Shown one piece after another: positions 13,230 to 29,300 of a stretch of 64,000 bases of DNA. This stretch comes from Centroscyllium fabricii. Lineage: Eukaryota. Under the pieces are notes generated by a model. It was not told where the DNA came from. It worked only from the letters and a program-made list of their open reading frames with translations, and did not search any database. The stretch lies in assembly GCA_051313645.2 (NCBI GenBank), contig JBNRSN020000031.1:3286001-3350000 (forward strand), in the 5' to 3' direction. The position numbers were made by a program, and so were the translations under genes. How positions within the stretch are numbered: the stretch's first letter is position 1; every line of letters begins with the position of its first letter.

Positions 13230-15080
13230 TATCATTGGCCCATTGGCATCTGTAAGGACTACCTTTCATATTCACGTAATCACATGCTGAATTACCATTG
13301 GCCCACAGGCATCTGTAAGGACTACCTATTATATTCACGTAATCACATGCTGAGTTATCATTGGACCACAGGCATCTGTAAGGACTACCTATTATATTCA
13401 CGTAATTACATGCTCAGATATCATTGGCCCACAGGCATCTGTAAGGACTACCTATTATATTCACGTAATCTCATGCTGAATTATCATTGGCCCACAGGCA
13501 TCTGTAAGGACTACCTATTATATTCACGTAATCTCATGCTGAGTTATCATTGGCCCGCAGGCATCTGTAAGGACTACCAATTATATTCACGTGATCACAT
13601 GCTGAGTTATCATTGGCCCACAGGCATATGTAAGGACTACTATTGTATTCACGTAACCAAATGCTGAGTTATCATTGTCCCACAGGCATCTGTAAGGACT
13701 ACTATTGTATTCACGTAATCACACGCTGAGTTATCATTGGCCCACAGGCATCTGTAAGGACTACTATTATATTCACGTAATCACATGCTGAGTTATCATT
13801 GGCCCACTGGCATCTGTAAGGACGACTATTGTATTCACGTAATCAAATGCTGAGTTAACATTGGCCCACAGGCATCTGTATGGTCTACTATTGTATTCAC
13901 ATAATCACATGCTGAGTTATCATTGGCCCGCAGGCATCTGTAAGGACTACCTATTATACTCACATAATCACATGCTGAGTTATCATTGGCCCACAGTCAT
14001 CTGTAAGGACTACTATTGTATTCACGTAACCAAATGCTGAGTTATCATTGGCCCACAGGCATCTGTAAGGACTACTAATGTATTCACGTAATCACAGGCT
14101 GAGTTATCATTGGCCCGCAGGCATCTGTAAGGACTACCTATTATATTCACATAATCACATGCTGAGTTATCATTGGCCCACAGGCATCTGTAAGGACTAC
14201 TATTATATTCACGTAATCACATGCTGAGTTATCATTGGCCCACTGGCATCTGTAAGGACTGCTATTGTATTCACGTAATCAAATCCTGAGTAATCATTGG
14301 CCCACAGGCATCTGTAAGGACTACTATTGTATTCACGTAATCACATGCTGAGTTATCATTGGCCCACAGGCATCTGTTAGGTCTACCTATTATATTCACA
14401 TGATCACATGCTGAGTTATCATTGGCCCACAGGGATCTGTAAGGACTACTATTGTATTCACGTAACCAAATGCTGAATAATCATTGGCCCACAGGCATCT
14501 GTAAGGACTACTAATGTATTCACGTAATCACAGGCTGAGTTATCATTGGCCCGCAGGCATCTGTAAGGACAACCTATTATATTCATGTAATCACATGCTG
14601 TGTTATCATTGGCCCGCAGGCATCTGTAAGGACTACCTATTATATTCACATAATCACATGCTGAGTTATCATTGGCCCACAGTCATCTGTAAGGACTACT
14701 ATTGTATTCACGTAACCAAATGCTGAGTTATCATTGGCCCACAGGCATCTGTAAGGACTACTAATGTATTCACGTAATCACAGGCTGAGTTATCATTGTC
14801 CCGCAGGCATCTGTAAGGACTACCTATTATATTCACATAATCACATGCTGAGTTATCATTGGCCCACAGACATCTGTAAGGACTACTATTATATTCACGT
14901 AATCACATGCTGAGTTATCATTGGCCCACTGGCATCTGTAAGGACTACTATTGTATTCACGTAATCAAATCCTGAGTAATCTTTGGCCCACAGGCATCTG
15001 TAAGGACTACTATTGTATTCACGTAATCACATGCTGAGTTATCATTGGCCCACAGGCATCTGTTAGGACTACATATTATT
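13230..15080. repeat. Multi-kb segmental duplicate, copy C (one monomer shorter internally)
   Basis: CCTTTCATATT at about 13262 versus 33. ORFs 14458 and 14514 match 7309 and 7365 (offset 7149), whereas the upstream offset is 7212 = 7149+63. Confidence 0.88.
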
Positions 15081-18000
15081 TTCACATGATCACATGCTGA
15101 GTTATCATTGGCCCACAGGAATCTGTAAGGACAACCTATTATATTCACGTAATCACATGCTGAGTTATCATTCGCCCAAAGGCATCTGTAAGGACTACCT
15201 ATTATATTCACGTAATCACATGCTGAGATATCATTGGCCCACAGGCATCTGTAAGGATTACCTATTATATTCACGTAATCACATGACGAGTTATCATTGG
15301 CCCACAGGAATCTGTAAGGACTACCTATTACATTCCCGTAATAATATGCTGAGTTATCATTGGCCCACAGGCAGCTGTAAGGACTACCTATTATTTTCAC
15401 GTAATCAAATGCTGAGTTATCATTGGCCCACAGGCATCTGTAAGGACTACCTATTATATTCAGGTAATCACATGATGAATTATCATTGGCCCACAGGCAT
15501 CTGTAAGGACTACCTATTATATTCACGTAATCACATGCTGAGTTATCATTGGCCCACAGGCATCTGTAAGGACTACCTGTTATATTCACGTAATCACATG
15601 CTGAGTTATCATTGGCCCACAGGCATTTGTAAGGACTACCTATTATATTCACGTAATCACATGCTGAGTTATCATTGGCCCACAGGCATCTGTATGGACC
15701 ACCTATTATATTCACATAATCACATGCTGAGTTATCATTGGCCCGCGGGCATCTGTAAGGACTACCAATTATATTCACGTGATCACATGCTGAGTTATCA
15801 TTAACCCACAGGCATCTGTAAGGACTACTATTGTATTCACGTAACCAAATGCTGAGTTATCATTGGCCCACAGGCATCTGTAAGGACTACTATTGTATTC
15901 ACGTAATCACATGCTGAGTTATCATTGGCCCGCAGGCATCTGTAAGGACTACCTATTATATTCACGTAATCACATGCTGAGTTATCATTGGCCCACAGGC
16001 ATCTGTAAGGACTACTCTTATATTCACGTAATCACATGCTGAGTTATCATTGGCCCACTGGCACCTGTAAGGACGACTATTGTATTCACGTAATCAAATG
16101 CTGAGTTAACATTGGCCCACAGGCATCTGTATGGTCTACTATTGTATTCACGTATTCACATGCTGAGTTATCATTGGCCCGCAGGCATCTGTAAGGACTA
16201 CCTATTATATTCACATAATCACATGCTGAGTTATCATTGGCCCACAGGCATCTGTAAGGACTACTATTATATTCACGTAATCATATGCTGAGTTATCATT
16301 GGCCCACAGGCATCTGTAAGGACTACCTAATATTTTAACGTAATCACATGCTGAGTTATCATTGGCCCACAGGCATCTGTAAGTTCTACCTATTATAATC
16401 ACGTAATCACATGCTGAGTTATCATTGGCCCACAGGCATCTGTAAGGACTACCGATTATATTCACGTAATCACATGCTGAATTATCATTGGACCACAGGC
16501 ATTTGTAAGGACTACCTATTATATTCACGTAATCACATGCTGAGTTATTATTGGCCCACAGGCATCTGTAAGGACAACCTATTATATTCACGTAATCACA
16601 TGATGAGTTATCATAAGCCCACAGGCATCAGCAAGGGCAACCTATTATATTCCCGTAATAATATGCTGAGTTATCATTGCCCACAGGCATCTGTAAGGAT
16701 TACCTATTATATTCACATAATCAAATGCTGAGTTATCATTGGCCCACAGGCATCCGTAAGGACTACCTATTATATTCAGGTAATCACATGCTGAATTCTG
16801 ATTGGCCAACAGGCATCTGTAAGGACTATCTGTTATATTCACGTAATCACATGCTGAGTTATCATTCGCCAACAGGCATCTGTAAGGACTACTATTATAT
16901 TCACGTAATGATATGCTGAGTTATCATTGGCCCACAGGCATCTGTAAGGACTACCTATTATATTCACCTATTCACATGCTGAGTTATCATTGGCCCACAG
17001 GCATCTGTAAGGTCTACCTATTATATTCACGTAATCACATGCTGAGTCATCATTGGCCAACAGGCATCTGTAAGGACTACCTATTATATTCACGTAATCA
17101 TATGCTGAGTTATCATCGGCCAACAGACATCTGTAAGGACAACCTATTGTATTCAAGTAATCACATGCTGAGTTATCATTGGCCCACAGGCATCTGTAAG
17201 GACTACCTATTATATTCACGTACTCACATGATGAGTTATCATTGGCCCACAGGCATCTGTAAGGACTACCTATTATATTCCCGTAATAATATGCAGAGTT
17301 ATCATTGGCCCACAGGCATCTGTTAGGACTACCTATTATATTCACCTAATCAAATGCTGAGTTATCATTGGCCCACAGGCATCTGTAAGGACGACATATT
17401 ATATCACGTAATCACATGCTGAGATATCATTGGCCCACAGGCATCTGTAAGGACTACCTATTATATTCACGTAATCACATGCTAAGTTATCATTGGCCCA
17501 CAGGCATCTGTAAGGACTACCTATTATATTCACGTAATCACATGCTGAGTTATCATTGGCCCGCAGGCATCTGTAAGGACTACCTATTATATTCACGTAA
17601 TCACATGCTGAGTTATCATTGGCCCACAGGCATCTGTAAGGACTACTATTATATTCACGTAATCACATGCTGAGTTATCATTGGCCCACTGGCATCTGTA
17701 AGGACTACTATTGTATTCACGTAATCAAATCCTGAGTTATCATTGGCCCACAGGCATCTGTAAGGACTACTATTGTATTCACGTAATCACATGCTGAGTT
17801 ATCATTGGCCCACAGGCATCTGTTAGGACTACCTATTATATTCACATGATCACATGCTGAGTTATCATTGGCCCACAGGGATCTGTAAGGACTACTATTG
17901 TATTCACGTAATCAAATGCTGAATTATCATTGGCCCACAGGCATCTGTAAGGACTACTAATGTATTCACGTAATCACAGGCTGAGTTATCATTGGCCCGC

Positions 18001-18799
18001 AGGCATCTGTAAGGACTACCTATTATATTCACGTAATCACATGCTGAGTTATCATTGGCCCACAGGCATCTGTAAGGACTACTATTATATTCACGTAATC
18101 ATATGCTGAGTTATCATTGGCCCACAGGCACCTGTAAGGTCTACCTATTATATTCACGTAATCACATGCTGTGTTATCATTGGCCCAAAGGCATCTGTAA
18201 GGACTACCTATTATATTCACGTAATCACATGCTGAGTTATCATTGGCCCACAGGCATTTGTAAGGACTACCTATTATATTGACGTAATCACATGCTGAGA
18301 TATCATTGGCCCACAGGCATCTGTAAGGATTACCTATTATATTCACGTAATCACATGATGAGTTATCATTGGCCCACAGGAATCTGTAAGGACTACCTAT
18401 TATATTCCCGTAATAATATGCTGAGTTATCATTGGCCCACAGGCAGCTGTAAGGACTACCTATTATATTCATGTAATCAAATGCCGAGTTATCATTGGCC
18501 CACAGGCATCTGTAAGGACTACCTATTATATTCAGGTAATCACATGCTGAATTATCATTGGCCCACAGGCATCTGTAAGGACTACCTATTATATTCACGT
18601 AATCACATGCTGAGTTATCATTGGCCCACAGGCATCTGTAAGGACTACCTGTTATATTCACGTAATCACATGCTGAGTTATCATTGGCCCACAGGCATCT
18701 GTAAGGACTACCTATTATATTCACGTAATTAAATGCTCAGATATCATTGGCCCACAGGCATCTGTAAGTACTACCTATTATATTCACGTTATCACATGC

Positions 18800-21300
18800 T
18801 GAGTTATCATTGGACCGCAGGCATCTGTAAGGACTACCAATTATATTCACGTGATCACATGCTGAGTTATCATTGGCCCACAGGCATCTGTAAGGACTAC
18901 TATTGTATTCACGTAACCAAATGCTGAGTTATCATTGGCCCACAGGCATCTGTAAGGACTACTATTGTATTCACGTAATCACATGCTGAGTTATCATTGG
19001 CCCGCAGGCATCTGTAAGGTGTACCTATTATATTCACGTAATCACACGCTGAGTTATCATTGGCCCACAGGCATCTGTAAGGACTACTATTATATTCACG
19101 TAATCACATGCTGAGTTATCATTGGCCCACTGGCATCTGTAAGGACGACTATTGTATTCACGTAATCAAATGCTGAGTTAACATTGGCCCACAGGCATCT
19201 GTATGGTCTACTATTGTATTCACGTAATCACATGCTGAGTTATCATTGGCCCGCAGGCATCTGTAAGGACTACCTATTATATTCACATAATCACATGCTG
19301 AGTTAACATTGGCCCACAGGCATCTGTAAGGACTACTATTATATTCACGTAATCATATGCTGAGTTATCATTGGCCCACAGGCATCTGTAAGGACTACCT
19401 AATATATTCACGTAATCACATGCTGAGTTATCATTGGCCCACAGGCATATGTAAGTTCTAACTATTATAATCACGTAATCATATGCTTGGTTATCATTGG
19501 CCCACAGGCATCTGTAAGGACTACCGATTATATTCACGTAATCACATGCTGAATTATCATTGGACCACAGGCATTAGTAAGGACTACCTATTATATTCAC
19601 TTAATCACAAGCTGAGTTATTATTGGCCCACAGGCATCTGTAAGGACAACCTATTATATTCACGTAATCACATGATGAGTTAACATATGCCCACAGGCAT
19701 CAGCAAGGGCTACCTATTATATTCCCGTAATAATATGCTGTGTTATCATTGCCCACAGGCATCTGTAAGGACTACCTATTATATTCTCATAATCAAATGC
19801 TGAGTTATCATTGGCCCACAGGCATCTGTAAGGACTACCTATTATATTCAGGTAATCACATGCTGAATTCTGATTGGCCCACAGGCATCTGTAAGGACTA
19901 GTTATTATATTCACGTAATCACATGCTGAGTTATCATTGGCCCACAGGCATCTGTAAGGACTACCTGTTATATTCACGTAATCACATGCTGAGCTATCAT
20001 TCGCCAACAGACATTTGTAAGGACTACCTATTATATTCACGTATTCACATGCTGAGTTATCATAGGCCCACAGGCATCTGTAAGGACTACCTATTATATT
20101 CACGTAATCACATGCTGAGTCATCATTGGCCAACAGGCATCTGTAAGGAATACCTATTATATTCACGTAATCATATGCTGAGTTATCATCGGCCAACAGA
20201 CATCTGTAAGGACAACCTATTGTATTCAAGTAATCACATGCTGAGTTATCATTGGCCCACAGGCATCTGTAAGGACTACCTATTATATTCACATAATCAC
20301 ATCCTGAGTTATCATTGGCCCACAGGCATCTGTATGGACTACCTATTTTATTCACGTAATCACATGCTGAGTTATCATTGGCCCACAGGTATCTGTAAGG
20401 ACTACATGTTATATTCACGTAATCACATGCTGAGTTATCATTGGCCCACAGGCATTTGTAAGGACTACCTATTATATTCACGTATTCACATGCTGAGTTA
20501 TCATTGGCCCACAGGCATCTGTAAGGACTAGCTTTCATATTCACGTAATCACATGCTGAATTATCATTGGCCCACAGGCATCTGTAATTACTACCTATTA
20601 TATTCACGTAATCACATGCTGAGTTATCATTAGCCCACAGGCATCTGTAAGGAATACCTATTATATTCACGTAATCACATGCTGAGATATCATTGGCCCA
20701 CAGGCATCTGTAAGGACTACCTATTATATTCACGAAATCACATGCTAAGTTATCATTGGCCCACAGGCATCTGTAAGGACTACCTATTATATTCACGTAA
20801 TCACATGCTGAATTATCATTGGCCCAAAGGCATCTGTAAGGACTACCTATTATATTCACGTAATCACATGCTGAGTTATCATTGACCCGCAGGCATCTGT
20901 ATGGACTACCAATTATATTCACGTGACCACATGCTGAGTTATCATTGGCCCACAGGCATCTGTATGGTCTACTATTGTATTCAATTAATCACATGCTGAG
21001 TTATCATTGGCCCGCAGGCATCTGTAAGGACTACCTATTATATTCACATAATCACATGCTGAGTTATCATTGGCCCACAGGCATCTGTAAGGAGAATTAT
21101 TATATTCACGTAATCATATGCTGAGTTATCATTGGCCCAGAGGCATCTGTAAGGACTACCTAATATATTCACGTAATCACATGCTGAGTTATCATTGGCC
21201 CACAGGCATCTGTAAGGACTACCTATTATAATCACGTAATCACATGCTGAGTTATCATTGGCCCACAAGCATCTGTAAGGACTACCTATAATATTCACGT
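18800..21300. repeat. Dispersed copy of about 8.9-11.4 kb (offset 9907)
   Basis: ORF pairs 9376/19283, 9810/19717 (both 401 aa), 10016/19923, 10772/20679 and 11137/21044 are all offset by 9907. Confidence 0.87.
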
Positions 21301-21509
21301 AATCACATGCTGAATTATCATTGGACCACAGGCATTTGTAAGGATTACCTATTATATTCACGTAATCACATGCTGAGTTATTATTGGCCCACAGGCATCT
21401 GTAAGTACTACCTATTGTATACACGTAATCACATGATGAGTTATCATATGCCCACAGGCATCTGTAAGGGCTACCTATTATATTCCCGTAATAATATGCT
21501 GAGTTATCA

Positions 21510-23390
21510 TTGCCCACAGGCATCTGTAAGGACTACCTATTATATTCAGGTAATCTCATGCTGAATTCTGATTGGCCCACAGGCATCTGTAAAGACTACC
21601 TATTATATTCACGTAATCACATGCTGAGTTATCATTGGCCCACAGGCATCTGTAAGGACTACCTGTTATATTCACGTAATCACATGCTGAGTTATCATTC
21701 GCCAACAGGCATTTGTAAGGACTACCTATTATATTCACGTATTCACATGCTGAGTTATCATTGGCCCACAGGCATCTGTAAGGACTACCTATTATATTCA
21801 CATAACCACATGCTGAGTTATCATTGGCCCACAGGCATCTGTATGGACTACCTATTTTATTCACGTAATCACATGCTGAGTTATCATTGGCCCATAGGCA
21901 TCTGTAAGGACTACCTATTATATTCAGGTAATCTCATGCTGAATTCTGATTGGCCCACAGGCATCTGTAAAGACTACCTATTATATTCACGTAATCACAT
22001 GCTGAGTTATCATTGGCCCACAGGCATCTGTAAGGACTACCTGTTATATTCACGTAATCACATGCTGAGTTATCATTCGCCAACAGGCATTTGTAAGGAC
22101 TACCTATTATATTCACGTATTCACATGCTGAGTTATCATTGGCCCACAGGCATCTGTAAGGACTACCTATTATATTCACATAACCACATGCTGAGTTATC
22201 ATTGGCCCACAGGCATCTGTATGGACTACCTATTTTATTCACGTAATCACTTGCTGAGTTATCATTGGCCCACAGGTATCTGTAAGGACTACCTATTATA
22301 TTCATGTAATCACATGCTGAGCTATCATTGGCCCACAGGCATCTGGAAGGACTACCTATTATATTCACGTAATCACATGCTGAATTATCATTGGACCAAA
22401 GGCATCTGTAAGGACAACCTATTATATACACGTAATCACATGTTGAGTTATCATTGGCCCACAGGCATCTGGAAGGACTACTTATTATATTCACGTAATC
22501 ACATGCTGAGTTATCATTGGCCCACAGGCATCTGGAAGGACTACCTATTATATTCACATAATCACATGCTGAGTTATCATTGGCCCACAGGCATCTGTAA
22601 GGACTACCTACTATATACTGGTAATCACATGCTGAATTATCATTGGCCCACAATCATCTGTAAGGACTACCTATTATATTCACGTAATCGCATGCTGAAT
22701 TATCATTGGCCCACAGGCATCTGTAAGGGCAACCTGTTATATTCACGTAATCACACGCTGAGTTATCATTGGCCCACAGGCATCTGTAAGGACTACCTAT
22801 TATATTCACGTAATCACATGCTGAGATATCATTGGCCCACAGGCATCTGTAAGGACTACCTATTATATTCATGTAATCACATGCTGAGTTATCATTGGCC
22901 CACAGGCATCTGTAAGGACTACCTATTATATTCACGTAATCACATGCTGAATTATCATTGGCCCACAGTCATCTGTAAGGACTACCTATTATATTCACGC
23001 AATCACATGCTGAGTTATCATTGGCCCACAGGCATCTGTAAGGACTACCTATTATATTCACGTAATCACATGCTGAGATATCATTGGCCCACAGGCATCT
23101 GTAAGGGCTACCTATTATATTCACGTAATCACATGCTAAGTTATCATTGGCCCACAGGCATCTGTAAGGACTACCTATTATATTCACGTAATCACATGCT
23201 GAATTATCATTGGCCCACAGGCATCTGTAAGGACTACCTATTATATTCACGTAATCACATGCTGAGTTATCATTGGCCCACAGGCATCTGGAAGGACTAC
23301 CTATTATATTCACGTAATCACATGCTGAATTATCATTGGACCAAAGGCATCTGTAAGGACTACTATTGTATTCACGTAATCACATGCTGA
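21510..23390 (+). other. Longest repeat-derived open frame (626 aa, about 30 x YHWPTGICKDYLLYSRNHMLS); probably non-coding
   Basis: The frame is open because about 30 consecutive monomers are 63 bp with no stop. It is bounded by 62-bp monomers and has no unique N- or C-terminus. Confidence 0.6.
21520..22250. repeat. Tandem duplication of a 378-bp unit (6 monomers)
   Basis: TCAGGTAATCTCATGCTGAATTCTGATTGG...AAAGAC occurs at about 21546 and 21924. ORF coordinates 21556/21934. Confidence 0.9.
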
Positions 23391-26300
23391 GTTATCATTG
23401 GCCCACAGGCATTTCTAAGGACTACCTATTATATTTACATAATCACATGCTGAGTTATCATTGGCCTACAGGCATCTGGAAGGTCTACCTATTATATACA
23501 CGTAATCACATGCTGAGTTATCGTTGGCCCACAGGCATCTGGAAGGACTACCTATTATATTCATGTAATCACATGCTGAATTATCATTGGACCAAAGGCA
23601 TTTGTAAGGACTACCTATTATATTCACGTAATCACATGTTGTGTTATCATTGGCCGAAAGGAATCTGTAAGGACTACCTATTATATTCACGTAATCACAA
23701 GCTGAATTATCATTGCCCACAGGCATCTGTAAGGACTACCTGTTATATTCACGTAATCACATGCTGAGTTATCATTGGCCCACTGGCATCTGTAAGGACT
23801 AATATTGTATTCACTTAACCACATGCTGAGTTATCATTGGCCGCAGGCGTCTGTAATGACTACCTATTATATTCACGTAATCACATGCTGAGTTATCATT
23901 GGCCCACAGGCATCTGTATGGACCACCTATTATATTCACGTAATCACATGCTGAGTTATCATTGGCTCACAGGCATCTGTAAGGACTACCTATTATATTC
24001 ACGTAATCACATGCTGAGTTATCATTGGCCCACAGGCATCTGGAAGGACTACCTATTATATAAACGTAATCACATGCTGAATAATCATTGGACCAAAGGC
24101 ATCTGTAAGGACTACTATTGTATTCACGTAATCACATGCCGAGATATCATTGGCCCACAGGCATCTGTAAGGACTACCTATTATATTTACGTAATCACAT
24201 GCTGAGTTATCATTGGCCCACAGGCTTCTGGAAGGACTACCTATTATATTCACGTAATCACATGCTGAATTATCATTGGACCAAAGGCATCTGTAAGGAA
24301 TACCTTTTATATTCAAGTAATCACTTGTTGAGTTATCATTGGCCCACAGGCATCTGGAAGGACTTCCTATTATATTCACGTAATCACATGCTGAATTATC
24401 ATTGGACCAAAGGCATCTGTAAGGAATACCTATTATATTCACTTAACCACATGCTGAGTTATCATTGGCCGCAGGCATCTGTAAGGACTACCCATTATAT
24501 TCACGTAATCACATGCTGAGTTATCATTGGCCCACAGTCATCTCTAAGGACTACTATTGTATTCACGTAATCAAATGCTGTGTTATCATTGACCCACAGG
24601 CATCTGTAAGGACGTCCTATTATATTCACGTAATCACATGCTGAGTTTTCATTGGCTCACAGGCATTTGTAAGGATCTACCTGTTATATTCATGTAATCA
24701 CATGCTGAGTTATCATTGGCCCACAGGCATTTGTAAGGACTACGTATTATATTCACGTATTCACATGCTGAGTTATTATTGGCCCACAGTCATTTGTAAG
24801 GACTACCTATAATATTCACGTAATCACATGCTGAGTTATCATTGGCCCACATGCATCTGTAAGGACTACTTATTATATTAACGTAATCACATGCTGAGAT
24901 ATCATTGGCCCACAGGCATCTGTAAGGACTATCTATTATATTCACGTAATCACATGCTAAGTTATCATTGGCCCACAGGCGTCTGTAAGGACTACCTTTT
25001 ATATTCACGTAATCACATGCTGTATTATCATTGGCACACAGGCATCTGTAATGACTACCAATTATATTTACGTAATCACATGCTGAGATATCATTGGCCC
25101 GCAGGCATCTGTAAGGACTACCTGTTATATTCCCGTAATATATGCAGAGTTATCATTGGCCCACAGGCATCTGTAAGGAATAACTATTATATTCACCTAA
25201 TCAAATGCTGAGTTATCATTGGCCCACAGGTATCTGTAAGGACAACCTATTATATTCAGGTAATCACATGCTGAATTATCATTGGCCCACAGGCATCTGT
25301 AAGGACTACCTGTTATATTCACGTAATCACATGCTGAGTTATCATTGGCCCACAGGCATTTGTAAGGACTTCCTATTATATTCACGTAATCACATGCTGA
25401 GATATCTTTGGCCAACAGGCATCTGTAAGTAATACCTATTATATTCACGTAATCACATGCTGAATTATCATTGGCCCACAGGCATCAGTAAGGACTACCT
25501 ATCATATTCACGTAATTACATGCTGAGTTATCATTGGCCCACAGGCATCTGTAAGGACGACATATTATATTCACGTAATCACATGCTGAGATATCATTGG
25601 CCCACAGGCATCTGTAAGGACTACCTATTATATTCACGTAATCACATGCTAAGTTATCATTGGCCCACAGGCATCTGTAAGGACTACCTATTATATTCAC
25701 ATAATCACATGCTGAGTTATCATTGGCCCGCAGACATCTGTAAGGACTACCTATTATATTCACATAATCACATGCTGAGTTATCATTGGCCCACAGGCAT
25801 CTGTAAGGACTACTATTATATTCACGTAATCATATGCTGAGTTATCATTGGCCCACAGGCATCTGTAAGGACTACATAATATATTCACGTAATCACATGC
25901 TGAATTATCATTGGCCCGCAGGCATCTGTAAGGACTACCTATTATAATCACGTAATCACATGCTCAGTTATCATTGGCCCACAGGCATCTGTAAGGACTA
26001 CATATTATATTCACGTAATCACATGCTGAATTATCATTGGACCACAGGCATTTGTAAGGACTACCTATTATATTCACGTAATCACATGCTGAGTTATTAT
26101 TGGCCCACAGGCATCAGTAAGGACAACCTATTATTTTCACATAATCACATGATGAGTTATCATATGCGCACAGGCATCTGCAAGGGCTTCCTATTATATT
26201 CCCGTAATAATATGCTGAGTTATCATTGCCCACAGGCATCTGTAAGGACTACCTATTATATTCACGTAATCAAAGGCTGAGTTATCATTGGCCCACAGGC

Positions 26301-29300
26301 ATCTGTAAGGATTACCTATTATATTCAGGTAATCACATGCTGAATTATGATTGGCCCACAGGCATCTGTAAGGACTACCTATTATATTCACGTAATCACA
26401 TGCTGAGTTATCATTGGCCCACAGGCATCTGTAAGGACTACCTGTTATATTCACGTAATCACATGCTGAGTACCATTCGCCAACAGTCATTTGTAAGGAC
26501 TACCAATTATATTCATGTATTCACATGCTGAGTTATCATTGGCCCACAGGCATCTGTAAGGACTACCTATTATATTCACGTAATCACATGCTGAGTTATC
26601 ATTGGCCAACAGGCATCTGTAAGGACTACCTATTATATTCACGTAATCATATGCTGAGTTATCATCGGCCAACAGACATCTGTAAGGACAACCTATTGTA
26701 TTCAAGTAATCACATGCTGAGTTATCATTGGCCCACAGGCATCTGTAAGGACAACCTATTATATTCACATAATCACATGCTGAGTTATCATTGGCCAACA
26801 GGTATCTGTATGGACTACCTATTTTATTCACGTAATCATATGCTGAGTTATCATTGGCTCACAGGTATCTGTAAGGACAACCTATTGTATTCAAGTAATC
26901 ACATGCTGAGTTATCATTGGCCCACAGGCATCTGGAAGGACTACCTATTATATTCACGTAATCACATGCTGAAATATCATTGGACCAAAGGCATCTGTAA
27001 GGACAGCCTATTATATTCAGGTAATCACATGTTGAGTTATCATTGGCCCACAGGCATCTGTAAGGACTACTTATTATATTCACGTAATCAAATGCTGAGA
27101 TATCATTGGCCCACAGGCATCTGGAAGGACTACCTATTATATTCACGTAATAACATGCTGAATTATCATTGGACCAAAGGCATCTGTAAGGACTACTATT
27201 GTATTCACGTAATCACATGCTGAGATATCATTGGCCCACAGGCATCTGTAAGGACTACCTATTATATTTACGTAATCACATGCTGAGTTATCATTGGCCC
27301 ACAGGCTTCTGGAAGGACTACCTATTATATTCACGTAATCACATGCTGAATTATCATTGGACCAAAGGCATTTGTAAGGAATACCTATTATATTCAAGTA
27401 ATCACTTGTTGAGTTATCATTGGCCCACAGGCATCTGGAAGGACGTCCTATTATATTCACGTAATCACATGCTGAATTATCATTGGACCAAAGGCATCTG
27501 TAAGGACTACCTATTATATTCACGTAATCACATGCTGAGTTATCATTGGCCCACTGGCATCTGTAAGGACTACAATTGTATTCACTTAACCACATGCTGA
27601 GTTATCATTGGCCGCAGGCATCTGTAAGGACTACCCATTATATTCACGTAATCACATGCTGAGTTATCATTGGCCCACAGTCATCTGTAAGGACTACTAT
27701 TGTATTCACGTAATCAAATGCTGAGTTATCATTGGCCCACAGGCATTTGTAAGGACGTCCTATAATATTCACGTAATCACATGCTGAGTTATCATTGGCT
27801 CACAGGCATCTGTAAGGACTACCTGTTATATTCATGTAATCACATGCTGAGTTATCATTGGCCCACAGGCATTTGTAAGGACTACCTATTATATTTACGT
27901 AATCACATGCTGAGATATCATTGGCCAACAGGCATCTGTAAGGATTACCTATTATATTCACGTAATCACATGCTGAATTATCATTGGCCCACAGGCATCA
28001 GTAAGGACTACCTATTATATTCACGTAATCATATGCTAAGTTATCATTGGCCCACAGGCATCTGTAAGGACTACCTATTATATTCAGATAATCACATGCT
28101 CAGTTATCATTGGCCCGCAGGCATCTGTAAGGACTACCTATTATATTCACATAATCACATGCTGAGTTATCATTGGCCCACAGGCATCTGTAAGGACTAC
28201 TATTATATTCACGTAATCATATGCTGAGTTATCATTGGCCCACAGGCATCTGTAAGGACTACATAATATATTCACGTAATCACATGCAGAGTTATCATTG
28301 GCCCACAGGCATCTGTAAGGACTACCTATTATAATCACGTAATCACATGCTGAGTTATCATTGGCCCACAGGCATCTGTAAGGACTACCTATTATATTCA
28401 CGTAATCACATGCTGAATTATCATTGGACCACAGGCATTTGTAAGGACTACCTATTATATTCACGTAATCACATGCTGAGTTATTATTGGCCCACAGGCA
28501 TCTGTAAGGACTACCTATTATTTTCACGTAATCACATGATGAGTTATCATATGCCCACAGGCATCTGTAAGGGCTTCCTATTATATTCCCGTAATAATAT
28601 GCTGAGTTATCATTGCCCACAGGCATCTGTAAGGACTACCTATTATTATCATGTAATCAAATGCTGAGTTATCATTGGCCCACAGGCATCTGTAAGGACT
28701 ACCTATTATATTCAGGTAATCACATGCTAAATAATGATTGGCCCACAGGCAACTGTAAGGACTACCTATAATATTCACGTAATCACATGCTGAGTTATCA
28801 TTGGCCCACAGGCATCTGTAAGGACTACCTGTTATATTCTCGTAATCACATGCTGAGTACCATTCGCCAACAGGCATTTGTAAGGACTACCTATTATATT
28901 CACGTATTCACATGCTGAGTTATCATTGGCCCACAGGCATCTGTAAGGATTACCTATTATATTCACGTAATCACATGCTGAGTTATCATTGGCCAACAGG
29001 CATCTGTAAGGACTACCTATTATATTCACGTAATCATATGCTGAGTTATCATCGGCCAACAGACATCTGTAAGGACAACCTATTGTATTCAAGTAATCAC
29101 ATGCTGAGTTATCATTGGCCCACTGGCATCTGTAAGGACTACTATTGTATTCACTTAACCGCATGCTGAGTTATCATTGGCTGCAGGCATCTGTAAGGAC
29201 TACCCATTATATTCACGTAATCACATGCTAAGTTATCATTGGCCCACAGTCATCTGTAAGGACTACTATTATATTCACGTAATCAAATGCTGAGTTATCA

